Below, in pieces: positions 29,101 to 41,100 of a stretch of DNA of 56,007 nt. Made by a program: the position numbers and the translations under genes. Location: the NCBI GenBank assembly GCA_001642005.1, contig LWCA01000093.1, positions 1-56,007 on the forward strand, in the 5' to 3' direction. How positions within the stretch are numbered: position 1 is the stretch's first letter; every line of letters begins with the position of its first letter. Origin of the DNA: Intoshia linei. Its lineage: Eukaryota > Animalia > Orthonectida. Below the pieces are notes generated by a model. That model saw only the letters and a program-made list of their open reading frames with translations. It ran no database searches and had not been told where the DNA came from.

Positions 29101-32100
29101 ATAGTGAAATTCTTTCCTACATCACAGTGCTTTGAGTAATATATTTTAGCAAAGTTTCAATAAAATTTATAATGTTCACTGAACATACCAAGTAGATTTC
29201 AATGTAATTTAAGTGAAAATTTTTTACTCATTGTATCTATTAAATTTAAATAAATGATGTTTCATTTTTCTCCTGTATGATCAATTTATGTAAAATTAAA
29301 AAAAGTCTAGTCTGTATTTTTACACCAGAACACTGCTTTGCCTTCACTGATATATAACATTTTATTATATGCTTATTGATTATTTTAAATATATGATGTA
29401 TTCCATTAGTAATAATAATTTACTTAAAATGTAGGTGCATGGATAGCATTTAATAATATGGATGAATTAGATACATTGTTGCTATGTAAGCTAGTTAAAA
29501 ATATCGAAATGATATGTTCGTTATTGAAATCAAATGATTCCGAAGAAAATCACGTTTATGAAAATATTCATCTGAAAAAAAATCTATTTCCGATATGTAT
29601 CAAAAACACATGGAAAAAAGATTGTATCCAGAAAAAGTATTCTTGGCAAAAGAAACAAATAGAAAATTTCTTTAGGCCCATAGATTTGATTCAATTTGAT
29701 TTCAGTCATAGACTAAAATTATATTTAAATATTAAGTGTAATTAATATGCTTTATTTGTTTACAGTAGAATTTCGAAATTTTTGTAGAATTTTCTTGATG
29801 CGTAGCACTCAATGCATTCAGAATATAATAATAATATAATATAATCATCAAATTCAAATATTGATAATGCAGAAACCATTTTAATTATTCCATCGCTAAT
29901 ATTATAGAAAATTGTAAATGTAACTTTATTTGTGTAAATATTAATGCGTTTTTATATTTGTGACGCTTTCCTTGTATGTTTAATTTATTCAATACATGCT
30001 AGCTTTTTTATTTTGAGTTTCATATTGGCAATATATTATGCGTCATAATGGACCCTGATACCAAAAAAAAACTGAAAAGTGAGCAAAGGATAAATTCAAA
30101 TAATTAAAATATTTAACTAAATATGGGTGTAACAATTGTTAAGAATGAAAGATACTTGAAGAGTTAACAAAATTAATGTTAATGTTTAATTTACAAATTT
30201 GGTTATTTCCAAATATTCAATTGATACAATTAAGTTCTTCTTTATCCAATACATCATCGTGCAGTTACCACGATGATGTAACAATTGGTATGACCATAAA
30301 AAAAGTAAAGACCATAAATAAATAAATAATCACAGTACCATACAATACAATTCACTTTAATTCTTTGTATGTGATAATTAAAATGGTTCCTATATGGTCA
30401 ATATTGAATTTTATGGGTTTTTATTTTGTAGTAATATTGATATCGTGCAACTGAATAGATTAAGTACTAGACACTCTTGTTTTTCAGATACATGTTACAC
30501 CCTTGTACAGTAGAGTGTCACATTTTTTGAAAAATGTTTAAATTTGAAAGACGGAGTAACTAGATGGGATGTATTTTTAAAAAAAATAACAATTCGATGA
30601 GTACCTCAGAGATTGGTCCAGTAACGATGTTGCGTTGCTCAATTAACTAATTAAGAAAAAATAGCTAAATTCAACTTTATTTTTATGTTCTTTTTAATTT
30701 TTTCATACAAAAACGTAAATTCCTGCTTCGTTTGCGGAGAAAAATTAAAAAAAATTGTATATTTAAATATATCGTGTTCAGCTACATAATTTACAATTGA
30801 CTTTATTCTATAATATTAAAAAAATAATTTTGAAAATTATAGTTATTATTATTTTATTTTGGTGTTTAAAGTATATTTTACGGTGTAAATAAATTAAGAC
30901 ACTTTTTGTAACGTTTTATAAATTTTACTCTAATGATAGAAGAGACATTAAGGTAGTAATAATAAAATAATGATTTATATCCTCACTAGACTAATAAAAT
31001 AATAAAATTTATTTAAAGCAGTCTCTATATTATGAATTTCTTTTTCTTTGATGGACAATTTTAATGCTTTTTTATATTTTTGTAACGCTCTTTCGGCGGC
31101 ATCGTTTACAATTTGTGATATACCTATACTTGTTAAATATTTATTTTCGTAAAGTTTAATGTTATCGTATTTTTTTTTGCTGCTTCAACAAATGATTTTC
31201 ATAATATGATGTCTACAAGGTAGTTCTGTTATTTCTTGGTGGAAATGACGTTTAATAAATTGTACAGATCCATTATAGATGCCTGTATTGCTAGTCGTTG
31301 TATCAAAACAAATATCAACAATTTTGCTTTCGATTTTTCAATGTCTTAAAATTTTTAACAATCCGACTTAATATTTTGTAATACCTTTAGCATCCGATTG
31401 CAGTAGAACTCCTAATATAACCTCAAATTTATTAATTATATCAATAATTACAACAGCCATTCACCACCATCAAATTTATTTCCATCGAAATATACAACGA
31501 CGTTGTTTATTTTATGTACTTTATTTATAATATTTTCTTTGATGGCTTAACTTTCTACTCATAGCTTCGTGAGATACCCGCATTAAAGAAAAAGATCCAC
31601 GTAAAAATATTTTTCTTCTGTCGCACTCTCTCAATTTATCCATTTCAACACTGATAATTTCATCATTTAAATTAATTGATTCATCACTAAATGTATAGAT
31701 GTAATCATCTTTTGAATATTTTCCATTTTGATCATTTCTCTTTATTTTATTTTTCGATATTGATTTTTTTTGGGGGAAGGTTATATGGATGTGAAATAGT
31801 AGAAGGGCCTGTCATACTACCGACAAATTTTTTTTAAGCTTCTAAGAATTCTATGTCTTCCTTCAAGCTTTTAGATTGATCAAGTTTAGAACAATCAAAC
31901 AAATCATTTTCAAGATGATATAAAAATATCTTAGCTCGAAGTCAGTGAGGATTCCTGGATACCTAAATTTAATTAATTAAATTAAATCAAAATTTTACTT
32001 TTCTATATTCGACGTAAAATATATGGAGTCTTTTGTTAATTGCACATTCAGAAATGATATTTAATCCTGTTTTTTTATATAATATTGTATAAATAAAAAT

Positions 32101-35100
32101 TTATAAAATTATTTATTTAATTCGTCTATTGACAATATATAAAATTTTTGTTGCATTATTACTATCTTAATGATTCTTATATAATCAAAGTAAAATTTTC
32201 GAAACGTTACAAAAAGTGTCTAAATTTATTTACCTCATAAAATATTGTTTAAAAAACAAAACAAAATTATAATAACTATTATTTTCAATTTTTTTTATTA
32301 TTATAGAATAAAGTGAATTGTATATGATTTAGCTTACCACGATATATTAAAATATACATCTTTTTAAATTTTTCTCCGCAAACGAAGCAGGAATTTAAGT
32401 TTTTGGATGAAAAAATTAAGAAAAACATGAAAATAAAGTTGAATTTAGCTATTTTTTGTTAATTAGTTAATTAAGCAACGCAACGTCGTTACTGAATTTT
32501 TTGAAAAACTGTTTCTAACATCGTGATCTGCATTCAAAAATACACTCACTACTACTCCGTCTTTCAAATTCTGAAAATTTAAAAACAATATTAAACCCTA
32601 TTGTACAGTGCCGAACCTACCGTACCACTAGATTTTTCTTCAGGAGGCTTAGACGAAATTTTTGTTAAATGGGGGCATCATTTTTCCAAATTAAGAATAA
32701 AATTATATTCTTGAATACCGTACTTATTTTGTCTGTTAAATATAAAATGTAAATTCGAAAGCTTTAGAGAGGTAACTAGTAGCAATGTAGTAAAAAAACA
32801 TTTTAAGTGGTATATTTTTAAGCGGTATATTTTTAAGTGGGATATTTTTCATTGAATATTCTCCATATGGGTAGGTTCAGCTTTGCCACATTGTACGATA
32901 TAAACTCTACCAATTTTTAGATTCTTAATTTGATATATTAATTTGTGAAAACATAAAACTGAATTATCGTTACTTATATAATATGCTACTCAATATTTGT
33001 TTTTGTGTATGTGTATTACCGTTTCTTTCAATTACTACTTACTTGTTTGTTATTGTTACTTACAATTACTATCAGTCTTAAAATTTTATTAAGTCTACTA
33101 ACACCCCGGAAAAAACTTTATAAATTTAAATGAAATCAAAATGTATCTTTGAGACTGGTAGTTATTGAAATAAACGATAACACACACAGACAAATAAAGC
33201 ATATTATATAAGTAAAGATTTAATCTATTAAACTTTTATGAATATTTATATGAAGTAGATTTATATAAATATAACAGAAGTTGTATTGTTTAGCGTAATT
33301 ATTTAATTTATCTGTATAGGTTTTAGAGAAGTTTCCATAATAGTGGATTGGTTTATTGATGTATATAATTGGTTAAAACTATACCCATTACATCTTAGTG
33401 AATGTGCAATGGAAACAGAGAAATGTAATTAAATTATATACTGTACTAGGTTGACTGTTATGTACTACGTAGAAACAACACCTAGCTCTGCTGAGGGCAC
33501 ATTTTTATTATACCAAAAAAATAAATTCACGCTAAAAATCTAACTTAAAAATGCTACTATTCACTATTATCAATCCTTTAAAGGAGTGGTTCCCAAACTT
33601 GTTTCAGGTGGAACCATCATATCACATTATTTTACTTTAAGTTGAATTATTCCATCTTAATTTTTTGTGTTAACATTTGCGTAAAGAATTTTAAAAACAA
33701 TTGCTATCCCATTTTTTTAATTCAGTAGACAGAATCCTAACTTATATAATATGCTATGCAATTTTTGTTTGTGTGTGTTCTATTTTATTGAAATAACTAC
33801 CAGTCTTAGAATTTTTTAAAGACCACATTTTAATTACAGTTTTTTCCGGGACGTATAATAAGATACATTTCAACCTTCCAATTTCACATTGTACGGGTCA
33901 AAAACCCAGTTGTTCCTCTTTTTGAAAATCAAACGAGTTGGAGAATTTAAAAACATATATACGCTGATACGGATTTTAAAATAATAAACATTACCATAAA
34001 TTTAAATTTAAAAAAATTATATCTTCAAGGCCAAAACCCCAAATTATCATTCTTTTTTAAATGAAAACAGCCCTAGAATTTCAAACAATTTACAGGTTGT
34101 ACAGTTGTATCCTGTTAACACACACAGAAACTTTTAATCGAATAAGTGACGACTTCACGGTCAAAAAAACATTTTAGTATTCATATATTTTTTTTCGAAA
34201 TATTTTATAAAAACAAAAAATGTGAAATAATTAACGTTCCAAAAATGAAAAAAAAAATTATTTTTTAATGAAATATTTTATTAAAACAAAAAATGTGCCC
34301 TCGGCAGAGCTAGGTGCTATTTGTACGTAGTACATAACAGTCAACCTAGTTATAATATAAAATAAGAAACATGTATCTTGATGTATTCTCATTTCAGATT
34401 TAACAAAATTGTCACAAGATTTTGAATTCATAACATTGTCACAAACAATCATTGATTTGGCTGATATGATGCTAGTACAGTCTAAAAAATATAATGGTAT
34501 TTTTGGAAACACTAAATTACACTAAGTTAAAGTGGCCAGAAAAAATACCTACTATCAATTTTAATTAATTTGGTGATAAATTAAGTGATAGTACGTATTT
34601 TTCTGACCACTTTAACTAAGTAACAAAGTTTTTTCGGTTTCGTTGTTGTAGTTTCTTATTCAAGTTTCAATGTTTTAATAAAAATGTTTTGAAAATGAAA
34701 ATTTGAAATTTAAAAATTACGTAGCAATGCAAAAATTTCCGAAGGAATGAATTATATAGATTTTCACTCATATTTATTTAGTGAATATGTGTAGACGTCC
34801 AATGTTAATTTTTTTTGAAATTGTAGGATCAATATTTACATTTTCAATTTTTGTTTTAAACCAAATATTTGAAAAATGTTGGTTTATAATATATTTAAAA
34901 TTATTTTTGGCCGGGAATACGTAGATTTTTGGGGTTGAAATTTTGTATTTATATCAACTGGAATAAGCTTATTAAAAAAATAAGTCCTATATATTTATAA
35001 TACAGCTTTTCCAGAATGATGCAGTATCAAAAATTTAATTCTTAGAATTTATAATCTGCAGCGTCAAATACATCAATTTCAAATTAAAATAATTAAGTCC

Positions 35101-38100
35101 GACAATTTAAAAAAATAGCTTAGTTAATACTTTATTTTCCAGTTAATATATAGAAAAATTTTCAATACGAAAAAATATATTAAGAGTAGCTAGCTCTGCC
35201 AAAGGCGAACTTATCTAATTTTAATAATATATTTAATAATATAAAGCACATTCTTGATTAAACGAAAAAAAATACTAAACCATCTATAGCGTTAATAGAT
35301 ATTAGTTTTTTTATGTTAATATTAATGTATTGTAATTAATTAATATAATGTGTTTATCATATAATAGTGATGTATCATGTGATACATCGGCTTTGAAAAA
35401 GTTATTTTCTTTTTACTTTCCAGTATAAGATATTTCAAATATGAGACTTATTATTAATATATATTTTAGAGAATGTTCTAATTGATAACATCGAGATTAG
35501 GTTTATATATACCTCTTTCAAATATATTATAATGCCTCGCCTTGGGGAAGAATATTTTAATCATATGAACACTCAATTGATAAAAAATTTGAAATTTGAT
35601 ACGACAACAAATTTGATAGAGCAATTATTTTTGGAATTTATGTCTCAATTAAAACTTCCACTTGAAAATGAAAACATTAATAGTCCAATTAATCCTATGT
35701 GCATCAACAATAATGTCAATCGTTTACATTATAATGAAAGCTGTGTGAAAGTTGAAACAATTTTAGATCAAAATGAGAAGATCATGTTAAAAATTTACAA
35801 AAATGAAATTAATGAAAAAATTCAAAAATTATCGCTTTATAAAAATTTATTCCAAAATGTAAGTTATTCATTTTATACAACTACTAGTTGACTGTTATGT
35901 ACTACCTAAAAACAGCATCTAGCTCTGAACAGAGCACATTTTTATTCTACCAAAAAAATAATTTTAATCATTTAATTAATTAATTAATCTTATAATAAAT
36001 TCTTTTAGTATTACAGGTAAACGTATCCGTAGTCCTTACTTATATAATATGCTGCGCAATTTTTGTTTGTGTGTGTGTGTTCCACTTTATTGAAATAATT
36101 ACTAGTCTTAGAAGTTTATAAAGTCCACATTTCAACTACTGTTTTTTCCGGGACGTATAATAAGATAAATTTCAACTACCCAAACTCACATCTTACGGGT
36201 CAAAAACCCAAATTATCCCTCTTTTTGAAAATTAAACGAGTATGATTTTAAAATCCGTATCAGCTTATATATTTGTTTAATTTATTAAAATTTGATTTTT
36301 CAAATGTTAAAATCCAACATTATTAATCTAACATTTTTAATCTAACATTTGAAAAAAATTTCCAAGGAATGAATTATATAGATTTTCACCCATATGTTTT
36401 TATTAAAAATGTGTAGAAGTACAATGCACATTTTTTTTTGAAATTGTAGGATCAATATTTACATTTTCAATTTTTGAATTTAATCGAAATATTGGAAAAA
36501 TATTGGATGATAATATATTAAAAATTATTTTTCACCAGGAATGCGTAGATTTCTCGGATTGCAATTTTGTGTTTATATCAACTGGAATAAGCTGTATCAG
36601 AATAATCTCTTTTTTAACTGTAGGACTGTTAATTATTTCAAATTTTTTATTTTAATAAAATAGTTTCGAAATAATAAAATTAATACTAAAGTGCTTTTTG
36701 ACCGTGAAGGCGTCAATTTCTCAGATTGAAATTTTTTTTGTGTGTCAAAATGATGCAACTATACAATAAAGTGTTAACGTTATGATGGAATTTCAGAAAT
36801 TAAAAAAATACAGGGCCGTACGGTATGAAAAATGCTAGTTCACTCTTTTGATTAATGTTTAAATTCGAAAACAAATTTTAATATTAATTTAATTAATTAA
36901 TTAATAATTAAATTTTAAAATTTTATAATTTGGAAAATTATCATAAATTGATTAATTATAATTACAACTCAAATATCTCAATAATTACGTGATAAAATTT
37001 ATTAAAATAAATTAAAATATATTAAAACAGGGGTATTTTTTGGTGAGATCGTTTTTTGAGTGTTGTTCAGTGTTATAAACTGAAATGGTGATACCCCTAA
37101 CTAAGCCAATTAGTTCATTTTTTTCGTTTAGTGTCTTAATCATATTTGATAACATATCTATTTCAAATTGGGAAACTATAACTAGGTAGGACGAATATGT
37201 GGTTTCGAAATATATTAAGATATTCCATCTAAATATTTTACATTTATCCATAATTGGTAATTTTTTTAAAATGAATACTTAGATAATAATTGTTGGACCG
37301 ACCCTATCAGGAAAGTCTACAAGTATTGAAATATGGAAATGGTATGAATTGACAAACAACGTAAATTTTGGAATAGAGAAGGTATATTTGCATTCTATAC
37401 ATGATAAAGAATTAAAAAACAAAATTTTAAATAATGAACTTGAAAAATTAATTGAAATTTGTTTTAATGAAGGCTTCTCAAAACACCAAGTTTTACATAT
37501 AGATGGATTTGTAGACTCAAATTTAACGTGTTTAATTGATAACTTCAATATACCAAAATATTCCATAGATAAAAACTTGATTAATGTACTACTCGAAACT
37601 GATCAATTACATAATATTGATCCTGGATTTTTATCAAAGTGCGGTATAATATTTTATAAAAAAAATGAGTTTGATCGATCATTAAATGAACTGAAATTGG
37701 AAATTTGTGAAATGTTTACCGACGAATCAAAAACTATCAAAGTTCTACATGCCTTAATTGATGGATTGGTGACTGATTTTGTTATATACATTGACGAAGT
37801 TATATTTTCGCAAAGAAACACAGAAGATAACATATCAAACATAACATCGAATTTAAGCGTTATTGTTAAAACTGCTATTGTTATATTTAAAAACATCTAC
37901 ACATCGCGACATAGAAAAGAAAATAATAAAGATGAATTGCTATTTATTTTATCGTTTATTTGGTCCATTACATGTATTCTGGAATCTAAAGAACTAGATA
38001 TTATGATTTTATGGATTAACAAATATGTTGTAAATAGATATCCACAGCTTGAGAACAAAAGTGTTTACGAGTATGTAGAAATTATATTTAGTAAAAAGTG

Positions 38101-41100
38101 GAGTAATTCATTAAAATCTCAGAATTATTCGGTTGATGATAGTGGCGATGTATTTGTTAATACGAGTTTAACATTGTGGGTTTTTTTTTTAATGGACATT
38201 TTTGAGGATTCTAAGTATTCAACGTTCATTTCGGGTAATCCTTTATCGGGTAAATCAAAAATTTTACAAAATAGAATGAAAATTTCATTTATGGATAATT
38301 TTTCAAAAAATAATGCATTTTATGTTCAATCCAATAGATATTTAACGTGTGGCTTTTTGCAAAAAAAAATAAATGATTACATTTATTGGCAGTATTCTAA
38401 CATTTACATGCCTAATGTAAATTCTGTATTGGTTTGCTTTATTGATGATATTTATATGGCAAAAAATCCGAATAATGACACATTGGTTGAATTTATACGG
38501 TCACATTTGGATAACCAAACATATTATGATATTGAACGAAAACGACGCATAATTGTTGATAATGTTAATTATGTCGTAAGTTCTTCGCAAACACATAATG
38601 ATGTTAAGTGTAGTTATAATCCTCGATTCTTAAGGCACTTTTGTCATATTCGTTTGCCAGATATTAATGAAGATATGATATTTTCAATTCTACGCGGTAT
38701 AACCGAATTTAATTTTGATAAAAATGTGGAACGATCCGAAGATTTTGGAAACTTAAATTTAGAATTAAATGAATGCGTTAACTTCCTTATAAAAGCATCG
38801 ATTAATTTAAGCTATAAATTAAAATCACTATATTTGATTGATTGGAGAAGATTAACTTATAATTTCACTATCGTCCCACTTGTGGTTATATTTAAAAATT
38901 TGTGCCTATCATCGGATCGTAATACGACGTGTTTATCGTTATGCGAGAAATGGAGAAATGAAGTAGATTGGACATTTGGATACAGTTTAATTAGTGAAAT
39001 TGATACTAATCTATTCAATGAAGCACGTAATAAATGTATAAAAAGCTTATTTTCTGATGAAAATATCATACGAGTATTAACTACAACCGATTTTAAATTA
39101 TATAGCAATTTGTTACACTTAAAGAAGGAATTAAAAACTAACATCAAAAATACAATAAATAGTGAAAAAACTCTGGATAATTATGTTAAAATCAAAAATA
39201 TTGACGAATTGATTAATTTTATATATGAAAATATACAAGAATACAATAAAATTAAATTGAATATTGACATCACTTTGTTTGAACCTTACGTCCATATAAT
39301 ATCTCGTATTTGTAGGATTCTCAATTCTCCGTGGTCACTGGGGCATTTATGGATTTGTGCAATTGGATCAATAGGTAAAACTGTAAATATAATACGTTTA
39401 TCATCATATATTGTTGGATTTGATATAAGCCATTATTCCAATCCGATGGATTCAATCAAGGATGATGATATATTTAAACATTTTAAGTCATTTATTTTTA
39501 AAAATCTCGTTGTATCGGGCGTAAATAATCAACCGCTCGTTTTATTAATAGATGACGAGAAAATAAATATATATGAACCATGCATACATTATATATCTCA
39601 AATTTTATCGAACATATCTTCATTTGAGAGTATTTTGAACGTTGATGACATCACAAACATCATTAACTCAATACGAACTGAATTATCTCAAATCGGAATA
39701 TCATATGATCACGAAAGTGCCTGGAATTTTTTCATAAAAAATGTAAAAAAGAATTTGAGAATTATAATCCTATCTAATAATTATGAAAAAGCGATACACA
39801 ACGGAAAAAATGAATGCACAAGCATTTTAACTAAACTACAACTAATATACTTGAGAAACTGGAATAAAAAAGAACTGATTGACGGTTGTTATCATTATAT
39901 GGAAAGTAAAATAACATTTTCGAGTGCGAGTGTAAAGAAAAACTTGGCACACGTATTAACAAACATGCATTTATCCATCCGAGAACAAGATGAACGAAAC
40001 TGCAATAAAACATTAAACAACATTACATTTGAAAGATTAATTAAACTATTTGTAAATACAATAAATAAGAGATTCCAACTAATATCGAAAGAACATAATG
40101 ATGCTTTGAAAATGGTAAAAATTTATGACGAAAGAAATAAAAGGTTGATTCTAATGAAGTCTCAATTAAATCACGATGAGATTATTCTAAAACAAAAGAC
40201 TAAAAGTTGCAACCTTATATTAGTTCAACTGGGTCAAGACAATGTCATTTTAAGTCGGTACAAACAAATATATCTTGTTCAATCTAGTAAAATCTATAAA
40301 TTAAAATCAATTCTACCCAAATATCAAATGAAACATGAACGTGCTGTTTATAAAATTGTTGCAATTGCATCCGATACTAAAGCGCTTGTTAAGAAACTAC
40401 AAATCGAATCGCTTTTAGAAATTAGAGCTGCTCAAAAACCATCCTATCATGTTGAAACGCTTTTAGCAGCTATTATAATGTGTAATTTATCGTATTATAT
40501 ATTCACAATGTTAATCTAATATATCTATATATTATATTAATTTATGCGGTTAAAAGAGCTGTAGCTGTAAATCATCGAGCAGAAAAAGCACTATTTATCT
40601 TTTATTTTATATTTTAATTTAGTAAAAGGATCAAACTCAAACATAACATGGCAAAAAGGAGCAAAGAGATTAATGTCGAACTTGGAAAGATTTATTGAAG
40701 ATTTAATATCTTTTGACAATAACAAAATATTACTTTCGAGTTATAAAGAAGTTATAAAATTTGTTGGATTAAAACAGGATGCATTTAAAATATTTGAGTT
40801 AACAGACGAAGATTCAGTCGATACAATTTTTATTTTATATAAGTGGTTAATGGGAGTGTTAAGATATTACGATATAATGTTCAACACAATTAAACCTTTG
40901 TTTGATAAAATAAATTACACAACAGAAAAAATTGAAAATATCAAAAAAAAACAAGCTATTTTGGAAGTTAAACAAATGGAACTGAAAAATAGAAAAAATT
41001 TAATGAAACATTCCTTTGAACAAGCTACAATTGATAAAATTGAACAAATTAAAGCTTATAATTTGGTAAAGGAGTCTTTGAATTCTGATCTAAAAAAAAA

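Noticed and set aside
33446-34349. TIR transposon with 60-bp inverted repeats
   Set aside because: The inverted ends are two Helitron 3' termini from a nested insertion; no TSD.
37190-37256. Possible extra exon (tag|gacgaatat..attg|gtaatt) and minus ORF 37012-37251
   Set aside because: It would end in phase 1 before a phase-0 acceptor and leave a 26-nt intron. Exon 20 already joins exon 21 in frame with canonical spacing. The ORF has no recognisable motif.
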